From contig JABDCB010000005.1 in assembly GCA_013288325.1 (NCBI GenBank), forward strand, positions 16,484-80,483: DNA of 64,000 nt, read 5' to 3'. How positions within the stretch are numbered: the first letter of the stretch is position 1; every line of letters begins with the position of its first letter. Position numbers and translations under genes: made by a program. Below, in pieces: positions 30,503-39,590 of this stretch. The DNA comes from Bacteroidota bacterium. Lineage in GTDB: Bacteria > Bacteroidota > Bacteroidia > Palsa-965. A model generated the notes under the pieces. That model was given only the letters and a program-made list of their open reading frames with translations. It was not told the origin of the DNA and did not search any database.

Positions 30503-33175
30503 ATGAAGATAATTGAAATCCGTGCTATGCGCGGCCCGAACTACTGGTCGATATGGAGACATAAACTGATCGTGATGAAGCTGGATATAGGCGGTTATGA
30601 AGAACGGCCTACCGACAAAATAGACGGATTTTCTGAGCGTTTGGAAAAGATGTTCCCAAGCATGTACGAACACCGCTGTTCGGAAAATTGCCTCGGGGGA
30701 TTTTTCTCCCGGGTAAAGGAAGGTACCTGGATAGGACATGTTATTGAACATATAGCCCTGGAAATACAAACTCTGGCAGGAATGGATACTGGTTTTGGCC
30801 GTACCCGATCAACCGGAGAAAGGGGGGTATACCACGTCGTATTTTCCTATATGGAAGAAAAAGTCGGCATTTTTGCTGCCCGATCGGCCGTTAAAATTGC
30901 ACAAGCATTGGTAGATGGCCATCCTTATAACCTGGAAGAGGATATTCAAACTATGCGTGAAATACGGGAGGAAGAACGTTTGGGTCCTAGTACCGGATCA
31001 ATTGTTCAGGAAGCGATGAACAGGGGGATTCCATATATACGGTTAAACCGTCATTCCCTGGTGATGCTGGGGTATGGTGTAAACCAGAAACGGATTCAGG
31101 CTACTGTCTGCAGCAGCACCAGTAATATTGCCGTTGATCTGGCCTGTGATAAAGAAGAAACCAAATCCATGCTGGAAGCAGCATCTATCCCCATCCCCAA
31201 AGGCATTATTACGAGTATAGAAGAAGATGTGGAAGGGGCCGTGAAGAAGCTTGGATTTCCACTCGTGATAAAACCGGTAAATGGAAATCATGGAAGAGGA
31301 GCTACCATCAATATCAAAACGCTGGAGCAGGCCATAGAAGGATTTCAGGTGGCTAAGAAAATATCCAGAACGGTCATCATAGAAAAATTTGTGACCGGTT
31401 TCGACTATCGTTTGCTGGTAATCAATTACAAATTGGTAGCCGCTGCCAAACGAACACCCGCGGCGGTAACGGGTGATGGAAAATTAACGATAGGTGAGCT
31501 GGTAGAGAAAGTGAACAGCGACCCGCGCAGAGGCTATGGTCATGAAAAAGAGCTTACCAGTATCAAGATTGATGAGATGACCTTAAATATCCTCCGCGAT
31601 AATGGGCTTACCATTGATTCCATACTTGGAAAAGACGAAGTGCTGCATCTTAAAGCTACCGCTAATCTGAGCACCGGAGGAACAGCCACCGATGTAACAG
31701 ATATGGTGCATCCGTATAATGTGTTCATGGCCGAACGCATTGCCCGTATTATAGGTCTGGATATCTGTGGTATTGATATTATGGCTCCTGATCTTACCAA
31801 TCCGATTAACGAAAATGGGGGTGCTGTACTGGAAGTAAATGCAGGTCCCGGGTTCCGTATGCATATAGCTCCCACAGAAGGGTTACCGCGCAATGTAGCC
31901 GAACCGGTGATAGATATGCTTTATCCTCCGGGAAGCCCTGTTAAGATTCCGATTATTGCGGTTACAGGTACCAATGGAAAAACCACTACCACCCGTTTGG
32001 TTGCACATATCATGAAAACAGTGGGATATAAAGTGGGTTTCACCACTACGGATGGAATTTATATTCAGAATCGGATGATGGAACAAGGTGATTGTACAGG
32101 GCCGGTAAGTGCCGAGTTTGTACTCAAAGACCCAACGGTTGATTTTGCCGTGCTTGAATGTGCCCGAGGAGGTATTCTGCGTGCAGGCCTGGGTTTCCAT
32201 AATTGTGATATCGGAATTGTTACCAATGTTGCAGAGGATCACCTGGGTTTAAAAGATATCCATACCCTGGAAGATCTGGCACGGGTAAAGGCCGTGGTAC
32301 CCGAAAGTGTATTGCCGGAAGGGTATGCCATCCTGAATGCAGATGATGACCTGGTATATGCTATGGCCAGAGGACTGGATTGCAAGGTGGCTTACTTCAG
32401 TATGGATGAAAACAACCCCCGGATCAAAAAGCATTGCCGTAACGGAGGCATTGCTGCTGTGGTAGAAGATGGTTATATAAGTATTTGCAAAGGCACCTGG
32501 AAAATAAGGATAGAAAAAGTGGTGAACATACCTCTTACTTTTTCCGGCAAAGCCATTTTTATGATCCAGAATATATTGCCGGCGGTATTATCAGGATTTC
32601 TGAGTAATGTAAAAACGGAAGATATTCGTCTGGCATTGGAAACATTTATTCCTTCGCCGACACAAACTCCCGGCCGAATGAATCTGTTCCAGTTCAAGAA
32701 ATTCCAGGTAATGGTGGATTATGCACACAATACTGCTGGATTCCAGGCTCTGGCCAAGTTCCTTGAAAAAACAGATGCGAAACCTAAAGTGGGCATTATT
32801 GCCGGAGTCGGCGACAGAAGGGATGAAGACATCGTTAGTCTTGGTACCCTGGCGGCACAAATGTTTGACGAGATTATTATTCGTCAGGATAAAAACCTGA
32901 GAAACCGTACCGGGGATGAAATCATACGCCTGATTGTAAAAGGGATAGAAACAGAAAATGCAGCCATCCCATATAAAATTATTCCTTCAGAGGCAGAAGC
33001 CATACAATATGCCATCAAACATGCCAAGAAAGGTTCTTTTATAACTATTTGCAGTGATGTGGTTCCGGATGCGCTGAATGCCATAATGAAATATAAGGAA
33101 GAGGATGCGGAATTCGAAATGCTGATAGAAGATATTCCCAATCAGCACGGAACAATACCGTCGCTCGGAAAATAA
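30503..33175 (+). CDS. cphA: cyanophycin synthetase
   Basis: 890 aa. 'MKIIEIRAMRGPNYWS' N-domain, an ATP-grasp domain, and a Mur-ligase-like domain containing 'GTNGKTTT'. Confidence 0.95.
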   Translation: MKIIEIRAMRGPNYWSIWRHKLIVMKLDIGGYEERPTDKIDGFSERLEKMFPSMYEHRCSENCLGGFFSRVKEGTWIGHVIEHIALEIQTLAGMDTGFGRTRSTGERGVYHVVFSYMEEKVGIFAARSAVKIAQALVDGHPYNLEEDIQTMREIREEERLGPSTGSIVQEAMNRGIPYIRLNRHSLVMLGYGVNQKRIQATVCSSTSNIAVDLACDKEETKSMLEAASIPIPKGIITSIEEDVEGAVKKLGFPLVIKPVNGNHGRGATINIKTLEQAIEGFQVAKKISRTVIIEKFVTGFDYRLLVINYKLVAAAKRTPAAVTGDGKLTIGELVEKVNSDPRRGYGHEKELTSIKIDEMTLNILRDNGLTIDSILGKDEVLHLKATANLSTGGTATDVTDMVHPYNVFMAERIARIIGLDICGIDIMAPDLTNPINENGGAVLEVNAGPGFRMHIAPTEGLPRNVAEPVIDMLYPPGSPVKIPIIAVTGTNGKTTTTRLVAHIMKTVGYKVGFTTTDGIYIQNRMMEQGDCTGPVSAEFVLKDPTVDFAVLECARGGILRAGLGFHNCDIGIVTNVAEDHLGLKDIHTLEDLARVKAVVPESVLPEGYAILNADDDLVYAMARGLDCKVAYFSMDENNPRIKKHCRNGGIAAVVEDGYISICKGTWKIRIEKVVNIPLTFSGKAIFMIQNILPAVLSGFLSNVKTEDIRLALETFIPSPTQTPGRMNLFQFKKFQVMVDYAHNTAGFQALAKFLEKTDAKPKVGIIAGVGDRRDEDIVSLGTLAAQMFDEIIIRQDKNLRNRTGDEIIRLIVKGIETENAAIPYKIIPSEAEAIQYAIKHAKKGSFITICSDVVPDALNAIMKYKEEDAEFEMLIEDIPNQHGTIPSLGK

Positions 33176-33262
33176 TCGGCAGAAACAAATGACATATAAT
33201 CGCACGGGCATTTAAACCTCCTTGTATATAGAATAGCCGATTAATTTTTCCTTTCAGAACTA

Positions 33263-33272
33263 CCCCCCCCCC
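33263..33272. repeat. homopolymeric C10 tract
   Basis: Ten consecutive C residues counted directly. Intergenic position. Confidence 0.95.
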
Positions 33273-33286
33273 TTTAATATTAACTA

Positions 33287-33324
33287 CTTCCATAACCCCG
33301 CGCTTAAGCGCGGGGTTATGGAAG
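33287..33324. terminator. perfect 38-bp GC-rich palindrome (likely cphA terminator or protein-binding site)
   Basis: cttccataaccccgcgc, then ttaa, then gcgcggggttatggaag: 17-bp arms with no mismatch. Confidence 0.6.
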
Positions 33325-33335
33325 CCAACCTGAAA

Positions 33336-33351
33336 TTGGGCTTTAGCCCAA
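33336..33351. repeat. second short hairpin
   Basis: ttgggct, then tt, then agcccaa. Confidence 0.5.
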
Positions 33352-33491
33352 AGATTTGCAGCTAACAACCTTGTAGTTTTAAAACAAGCTATATTAATCG
33401 TTCAAATATAACGCTATATGGGTTTCTTTTATGTAACATTTTTGTAAGAAACACGTAAAACAAGCGATTGAGATTTGGGAATTTAATAATG

Positions 33492-33499
33492 TAATTTTG
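33492..33499 (+). promoter_or_regulatory. -7 box (TAnnTTTG) for the LytTR regulator
   Basis: TAATTTTG lies 18 nt upstream of the TTG start at 33517. Confidence 0.45.
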
Positions 33500-33516
33500 A
33501 AACAAAACAGGGTCAA

Positions 33517-34212
33517 TTGAATGCAATATTGGTTGATGATGACGAGTTCTCGTCTCTGGCAACGGCTCATTTAATAGAGCATGTAAATTATATCAATCTG
33601 CTTAAAACCTGCAGTGGTCCCATGGAGGCTGCAGAAGCATTGATGAATGAGGAGATAGACCTTCTTTTTCTGGATGTAGAAATGCCGGAAATGAATGGGA
33701 TGGAGCTTATTAAAAGCCTTTCCGCGCCTCCTCTTATTATTTTAACCACTTCACATGCCCGCTATGCCCAGGAAGCGTATGACTATGATGTGGTGGACTA
33801 TCTTTTAAAACCTATTGAGCTGCATCGCTTTATAAAGGCAGCAGCCAAGGCAAAGGAGCGGTATGATCATCGTCAGGAGGAGCAAGGTGAATTTACGGAA
33901 GACTATATCTTCGTCCGCAAAAATGCTGTTCTGAGTAAATTGGTTATCAAGGATATTCTCTGGATCGAAGCCCTGGGCGATTATGTTACCATTAATACCT
34001 TTGATAAGAAATATACCCTTCACCTTACTCTTAAATCCCTGGAACGCAAATTGCCCCCAGAGCGTTTTGTCAGAGTTCATCGCTCCTTTATCGTTCAGAT
34101 TGAGCATATTAATACCATCGATGATTCTGTTATCTCCATTAACAATAAACCAATCCCGGTAGGAGCCTTGTACCGGGAAAGCTTTCTGAAAAGGCTTAAT
34201 GTATTAAGCTGA
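33517..34212 (+). CDS. LytTR-family response regulator (REC plus LytTR DNA-binding domain)
   Basis: 'ILVDDDEF', 'LLFLDVEMPEMNG', 'DYLLKPI' and a C-terminal LytTR domain ('FVRVHRSFIV'). A TTG start is required because an in-frame stop lies at 33487. Confidence 0.88.
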   Translation: MNAILVDDDEFSSLATAHLIEHVNYINLLKTCSGPMEAAEALMNEEIDLLFLDVEMPEMNGMELIKSLSAPPLIILTTSHARYAQEAYDYDVVDYLLKPIELHRFIKAAAKAKERYDHRQEEQGEFTEDYIFVRKNAVLSKLVIKDILWIEALGDYVTINTFDKKYTLHLTLKSLERKLPPERFVRVHRSFIVQIEHINTIDDSVISINNKPIPVGALYRESFLKRLNVLS

Positions 34213-34355
34213 TTAGCGTATTTCTGTACCACCCCCTCCTGTATTCCGGCTCAATTCTGACGCCCCTTCACCGCTTATTCTGTCTTATTCACCGAAAAAG
34301 AGAAAGTCTTGCAGATCTTGTCCGTTATACTCCTTAAGGATCAGCAACTACTAAC

Positions 34356-34865
34356 ATGACGGTGAAAAAGCAGCCATCCAGGCAGAATCTGATATTTATT
34401 GTGGAGGATAATGAGCTGTATTCCTTTATGTTGGAGTATATGCTATCAGAAGTCCACATGGTACGATGCCTTAGGTTTGAAAAGGGAGAAGAATGTATCC
34501 GCAACCTCGCGCTTGAACCCGATATGATTATTCTGGATTATGTCCTGCCGGGAATTGATGGTCTGGATACATTCCGGAAAATAAAGCAGGCAAAACCGGA
34601 AGTGCCGGTAGTAGTACTGACCGGCAATTTTGACTCGCATGCAGCTCAGCATTTTATGGAAGAGGGTGTATATGATTATATGCTGAAGGAAGAAAGTGCA
34701 GCCGGTAGAATCAAATCGCTGGTGGAATTTGTGATGGGAAAGAAAAATAAAGAAGAAGAAATTAAAGAAGAACAGGAAGGACGACAACGGATTGTTCGAA
34801 TAAGTCTACTGGTGTTTTTCGTTTTTGCACTTGCAATTAGCATTACGTGGCTTATAATTGGATGA
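34356..34865 (+). CDS. receiver-domain protein with acidic linker and C-terminal TM anchor
   Basis: REC motifs 'IFIVEDNE', 'IILDYVLPGIDG', 'VVVLTG' and 'DYMLKEE'. Then 'KNKEEEIKEEQEGRQR' and the terminal hydrophobic 'ISLLVFFVFALAISITWLIIG'. Confidence 0.85.
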   Translation: MTVKKQPSRQNLIFIVEDNELYSFMLEYMLSEVHMVRCLRFEKGEECIRNLALEPDMIILDYVLPGIDGLDTFRKIKQAKPEVPVVVLTGNFDSHAAQHFMEEGVYDYMLKEESAAGRIKSLVEFVMGKKNKEEEIKEEQEGRQRIVRISLLVFFVFALAISITWLIIG

Positions 34866-34896
34866 AACAGGATGAGACATTTTAACGCTATCTGTC

Positions 34897-35403
34897 ATGA
34901 AACAGAACGAGGATGTGACACGGGTGTTCATCGTAGACGACGACCCCGTTTTCAGCAAGGCATTGGAAACCTACCTGAAAAAAGAAGTGCCAAACGTGGA
35001 GGTAGCCAGTTTCTCCAATGGAGAGTCTTCCTTGCATGAACTACACCGTTCGCCGGACCTGCTGTTGCTGGACTACCGTCTCGACTCCGAATTTGCATAT
35101 GCCTGGGATGGGCTTCAAATATTAAAAAAGATTAATAATATCGACCCCGGATTAAGTGTAGTGGTGATGTCGGCAAAGGAAAGTGTGGATACGGCTATGA
35201 ATTGTATCAAGATGGGGGCCATGGAATATGTGGTAAAAAACGAACAGGCATTTCCAAAAATAAAAGGAATTGTTTCCGAATTAAAACAAGAGATAAAAGA
35301 GGAAAAAGAGGAGGAAGAACTGGAAGAGAAAAGTAACATGCCTGCCTGGTTAGGACTTCTGTTGCTGCTGATACTTCTTATCTTTTTTCTTTATCGTTTA
35401 TAA
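34897..35403 (+). CDS. receiver-domain protein with acidic linker and C-terminal TM anchor (second copy of this architecture)
   Basis: REC motifs 'VFIVDDDP', 'LLLLDYRL', 'VVVMSAKE' and 'EYVVKNE'. Then 'KQEIKEEKEEEELEEK' and the terminal 'AWLGLLLLLILLIFFLYRL'. Confidence 0.85.
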   Translation: MKQNEDVTRVFIVDDDPVFSKALETYLKKEVPNVEVASFSNGESSLHELHRSPDLLLLDYRLDSEFAYAWDGLQILKKINNIDPGLSVVVMSAKESVDTAMNCIKMGAMEYVVKNEQAFPKIKGIVSELKQEIKEEKEEEELEEKSNMPAWLGLLLLLILLIFFLYRL

Positions 35404-35464
35404 GATGTATGGCATAGCAGGCAATGCAATTTTTGGTATGAATATATTCAAAGGAGAACGGCCT

Positions 35465-35824
35465 ATGAAAATCTTAATAGTAGATGATGATCCGCTTACT
35501 CTGGAAGCCATCCGGTGTTGTCTGGTTGCAGGAGGTAATGAAGTGATTGCTGCCAGCAGCGGGTTTGATGCCATCGGTATAGCGAAAAACGAACACCCGG
35601 ATCTGATTATCAGTGATATTATGATGCCTGAAATGTCGGGACTCAGTTTACTGTGTTTATTAAAACAAGTATACTTCAGCCGGATACCGGTGATTATTAT
35701 TTCATCGCTTGATAAGGCCGATGTTATTCTTTCTTCGCTTGGATTAGGGGCCGATGATTTTATAAGTAAGCCTATTGATTTTGACCGGCTTTCATCACGA
35801 GTAAAGAGTTACTACCTGGATTAA
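35465..35824 (+). CDS. single-domain (CheY-like) response regulator
   Basis: 'MKILIVDDDPLT', 'DLIISDIMMPEMSG', 'IIISS' and 'DFISKPI'. The ATG at 35465 is preferred over 35405. Confidence 0.88.
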   Translation: MKILIVDDDPLTLEAIRCCLVAGGNEVIAASSGFDAIGIAKNEHPDLIISDIMMPEMSGLSLLCLLKQVYFSRIPVIIISSLDKADVILSSLGLGADDFISKPIDFDRLSSRVKSYYLD

Positions 35825-35896
35825 ATAACCTTTCCATGCTTTTTTCAGATCGCGATGATCGGAAAGGCGGGAAGAGAAACCTGAAACCAAAAAATA

Positions 35897-36271
35897 ATGG
35901 AAACGCAAAAAATAATTGATCTGAGCTATCTGCGCCAGTTGGCCAATGGAAGTGACGAGTTTATGCAAACGATGATCAGCATTTTTATTGCTGAAACACC
36001 TGCCGCGTTAGATAATATGGAGAAAAGCTGGGAACGTAACGACTGGTCCGGCATCAAGGCTATGGCTCACAAAATGAAACCTTCTTTCGGGTTTATGGGT
36101 ATAGCGAGCATGAAGGATGTGATTACAGAATTGGAAGCAGATGCAGAACGGGGAGCGTATCCGGAAGTAATAAGAGAAAAAATAACCCGTATAAAAGCAG
36201 CCTGCACGGCTGCAATAGTGGAGCTCAGAACAGAGCTGAAAAAGTATCAGAAATCCGCTTCCCGTATTTGA
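35897..36271 (+). CDS. Hpt (histidine phosphotransfer) domain protein
   Basis: 124 aa, four-helix-bundle-like, with the phosphorylatable His in 'AHKMKPSFGFMG'. Confidence 0.85.
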   Translation: METQKIIDLSYLRQLANGSDEFMQTMISIFIAETPAALDNMEKSWERNDWSGIKAMAHKMKPSFGFMGIASMKDVITELEADAERGAYPEVIREKITRIKAACTAAIVELRTELKKYQKSASRI

Positions 36272-36278
36272 AAAGGGA

Positions 36279-38480
36279 TTAGTTCCCTACTTCAGAAATA
36301 AACTTGATACGCATGAGACGGATCTCCTCTTCGGTATAATCGTTTTCGCCCAACTCTTTTAGTGCATCGGCAACAGAATCACTGTCCGATTCACGGAAAT
36401 AGTCATATACTTCTTCCTGTTTCTCTTCATCCAGCACCTGATCAATATAATAGCTGATATTGACACGTGTACCGGAGGCAACAATGGTTTCTATCTCACC
36501 CAGCAAATCTGTCAGGGAAAGTCCCTTGGCACTGGCTACATCTTCCAGACTCAGCTTACGGTCAATACTTTGTATGATATGTACTTTCAGCCCCGATTTG
36601 TTCACCACTGATTTTACCACCATATCCATGGGCCGCTCAATTTCATTTTCGGTCACATAGGTGGCAATAAGTTCTACAAACGGTTTGCCGAATTTGGCTG
36701 CTTTACCTGGACCTACCCCTGTAATATGGGTCAGCTCTTCCATGGTGGTTGGATACTGAATAGCCATTTCTTCCAGCGATACTTCGGAAAAGATAACATA
36801 GGGAGGCAGGTTTTTGGCCTTTGCTGTTTTCTTTACCAGATCTTTCAGCATGCTGAAAAGCAACTCATCCGAACCGGCGCCTTTATGTCCGGGTCCGGCT
36901 ATATCCTCATCATCTGCGTCGGTACCTTCATAATCATGATCCTTGGTGATCATAATGGAATGAGGGTTTTTCAGAAAATCTTTTCCTTCCTTGGTCAGTT
37001 TCAGCAAGCCGTAACTCTCAATATCTTTGGAGAGGAATCCGTTTATGATGGCGTGACGAACTACTGCGTTCCAGAATTTTTCATTCTTATCATCCTCCAC
37101 ACCTTTTCCGAACTGATCCAGTTCATTGTGTTTGTATGCTTTGGCGGTTGCGGTAAGAGTTCCCAGCAGCACATTAATCACATCCCGTGCTTTGAATTTT
37201 TCCTTCATTTCAAGGATTGTCTCCAGCACCAGTTCTATCTCGTCTTGTCCTTCAAACTTGGTTTTAGGCTGCATACAATTGTCGCAGCTGCCACAATTGT
37301 CCTGTGTATATCCTTCTCCGAAATAGTGTAACAGTACTTTCCGGCGGCAAACCGATGTTTCGGCATAAGCTACTGTTTCCAGCAGCAGTTGTTTGCCTAT
37401 TTCCTGTTCGGCAACAGGTTTGCCTTTCATAAACTTTTCCAGCTTCTGAATATCGTCATAGGAATAAAAGGTCAGACAATGACCTTCACCTCCGTCACGT
37501 CCCGAACGTCCTGTTTCCTGGTAATAGCCTTCCAGCGATTTTGGAATATCATGGTGTATCACAAAACGGACATCCGGTTTGTCGATACCCATTCCAAAAG
37601 CGATTGTGGCTACAATTACATCAATATCTTCCATCAGGAACTGATCCTGAGTCTGGGCACGGGTGGTAGCATCCAAACCGGCATGATAAGGCTTGGCCTT
37701 TATTCCGTTAACTTGCAGGGTTTCAGCTAGTTCCTCTACCTTCTTACGGCTCAGACAATAAATAATGCCTGATTTTCCGGTGTTTTTCTTTACAAATTTG
37801 ATGATCTCCTTGGCCACATTGACCTTGGGTCTTACCTCATAATACAGGTTGCCCCGGTTAAAGGAAGATTTATAGATATCAGCTGTCTGCATCCCCAGAT
37901 TTTTGAGGATATCCTGCTGAACCTTAGGAGTTGCGGTAGCGGTAAGGGCAATGATGGGCACTTTGCCAATCTCTTCAAAAATAGAACGCAGGCGTCGGTA
38001 TTCGGGGCGGAAATCATGACCCCATTCAGAAATACAATGGGCCTCATCAATGGCGAAAAAGGAGATATTGATATCCCTCAGAAAGGTGACATTCTCTTCT
38101 TTCGTAAGGCTTTCGGGGGCTACATATAAAAGCTTGGTCTTTCCATCGGCTATATCCTTCTTTACTTTCAGAATTTCAGCCTTGCTAAGCGATGAATTCA
38201 GGAAATGGGCAACACTATCTTCCGATCCGAAGTTACGGATGGCATCCACCTGATTCTTCATCAGGGCAATAAGCGGTGATACAATAATACCCGTTCCTTC
38301 ACTGATAAGGGCGGGCAACTGATAACAAAGCGATTTGCCCCCACCGGTAGGCATGATTACAAACGTATCCCTTCCCTCCAGAACACTGGTAATAATCTCT
38401 TCCTGCTCGCCTTTAAATTTATTGAAACCGAAATATTTCTGAAGTGCTTCGGGAAGGGCTACTGATTCTAATTCTAGCAT
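36279..38480 (-). CDS. recQ: ATP-dependent DNA helicase RecQ
   Basis: 'FKGEQEEII', 'MPTGGGKSLCYQ', 'DEAHCISEWGHDFRP', a Zn-binding Cys cluster, and a C-terminal HRDC domain. Start set at M33 ('MLELES'). Confidence 0.95.
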   Translation of the reverse strand: MLELESVALPEALQKYFGFNKFKGEQEEIITSVLEGRDTFVIMPTGGGKSLCYQLPALISEGTGIIVSPLIALMKNQVDAIRNFGSEDSVAHFLNSSLSKAEILKVKKDIADGKTKLLYVAPESLTKEENVTFLRDINISFFAIDEAHCISEWGHDFRPEYRRLRSIFEEIGKVPIIALTATATPKVQQDILKNLGMQTADIYKSSFNRGNLYYEVRPKVNVAKEIIKFVKKNTGKSGIIYCLSRKKVEELAETLQVNGIKAKPYHAGLDATTRAQTQDQFLMEDIDVIVATIAFGMGIDKPDVRFVIHHDIPKSLEGYYQETGRSGRDGGEGHCLTFYSYDDIQKLEKFMKGKPVAEQEIGKQLLLETVAYAETSVCRRKVLLHYFGEGYTQDNCGSCDNCMQPKTKFEGQDEIELVLETILEMKEKFKARDVINVLLGTLTATAKAYKHNELDQFGKGVEDDKNEKFWNAVVRHAIINGFLSKDIESYGLLKLTKEGKDFLKNPHSIMITKDHDYEGTDADDEDIAGPGHKGAGSDELLFSMLKDLVKKTAKAKNLPPYVIFSEVSLEEMAIQYPTTMEELTHITGVGPGKAAKFGKPFVELIATYVTENEIERPMDMVVKSVVNKSGLKVHIIQSIDRKLSLEDVASAKGLSLTDLLGEIETIVASGTRVNISYYIDQVLDEEKQEEVYDYFRESDSDSVADALKELGENDYTEEEIRLMRIKFISEVGN

Positions 38481-38618
38481 CGGGTTGGTCTGTATTTCCG
38501 TATTATGGGATGAAAAATGCGATATTTCTTTATTTTTGCTTCGCTTAGGTAAAGATATAATAAAAATTCCTTTCAAAAGCTAATTTTATATCGCTCAATT
38601 AAAAAAAACCACCAAGGC

Positions 38619-39584
38619 TTGAAATCAAACGACGAACTAAAATTACTGGCGGTTAATACATTACTTTTAGAAGCAGAAGCGGTTAAAAATCTGGTCTCGC
38701 AGGTGGGCGACGATTTCATAAAATGTATCCGGCATATCCTTGCATCGGAAGGCAGGGTGGTGGTAACCGGAATAGGTAAAAGCGCCATCATTGCATCCAA
38801 AATAGTAGCTACCCTGAACTCAACCGGCACCCCTGCCATTTTCATGCATGCAGCCGATGCTATTCATGGCGATTTGGGAACCATTCAAAGAAACGATACC
38901 ATTATTTGTATTTCCCGTAGCGGCAATACCCCCGAAATAAAGGCCCTGATCCCATTGCTTAAAAAGGGAGAGAATAAGCTCATCGGAATGATCGGGAACA
39001 AAAGTTCGTATCTGGCTACCCAGTCCGATTATATCCTGGATGCAACCGTAGAACGCGAAGCCTGCCCCCTTAATCTGGCGCCTACCAGCAGTACAACAGC
39101 TCAGCTGGCCCTAGGTGATGCGTTGGCCGTTTGTTTGCTCCAGGCCCGGGATTTCAGCGAAAAGGATTTTGCCCGTTTTCATCCCGGAGGAGCGCTGGGC
39201 AAACGTCTCTATCTGAAAGTGAGTGATTTAAGCTCTCAAAATGAAAAGCCGATTGTAAAACCGGATGATGATATCCGAAGTGTAATTCTGGAAATCTCAT
39301 CCAAACGACTCGGTGCAACAGCTGTTGTGGGACCGGAGGGATTACAGGGAATTATTACGGATGGGGATTTGCGTCGTATGCTTGAAAAATCCATTCACAT
39401 CGAAGGATTTAAAGCGGCTGATATCATGAGCCGTAATCCAAAATCAATTGACGCCTCCGAGCTGGCTGTAAGTGCCGTGCGGCAGATGGAAAAACATCAG
39501 GTTACCCAACTCATCGTAACGGATGAAGGCCGGTATGCCGGTTTTGTTCACATGCACGATCTGATGCGGGAAGGACTGCTTTAA
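38619..39584 (+). CDS. kdsD: KpsF/GutQ-family arabinose-5-phosphate isomerase (SIS domain plus two CBS domains)
   Basis: 'VVVTGIGKSA', 'SRSGNTPE' and C-terminal CBS repeats. TTG start. Confidence 0.9.
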   Translation: MKSNDELKLLAVNTLLLEAEAVKNLVSQVGDDFIKCIRHILASEGRVVVTGIGKSAIIASKIVATLNSTGTPAIFMHAADAIHGDLGTIQRNDTIICISRSGNTPEIKALIPLLKKGENKLIGMIGNKSSYLATQSDYILDATVEREACPLNLAPTSSTTAQLALGDALAVCLLQARDFSEKDFARFHPGGALGKRLYLKVSDLSSQNEKPIVKPDDDIRSVILEISSKRLGATAVVGPEGLQGIITDGDLRRMLEKSIHIEGFKAADIMSRNPKSIDASELAVSAVRQMEKHQVTQLIVTDEGRYAGFVHMHDLMREGLL

Positions 39585-39590
39585 CACCCT

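Noticed and set aside
33045-33368. 107-aa minus-strand ORF spanning the cphA 3' end, the C10 tract and the 38-bp palindrome
   Set aside because: It overlaps the well-supported cphA gene in antisense. Its middle part ('FHNPALKRGVMEV') is just the translation of the palindrome, so it is an artefact.
35830-35868. Stem-loop between the CheY-like gene and the Hpt gene (cctttcc...gatcgcgatgatc...ggaaagg)
   Set aside because: The 7-bp outer stem encloses a long, poorly paired interior and has no U tract. It could modulate Hpt expression, but the evidence is too thin to list as a feature.
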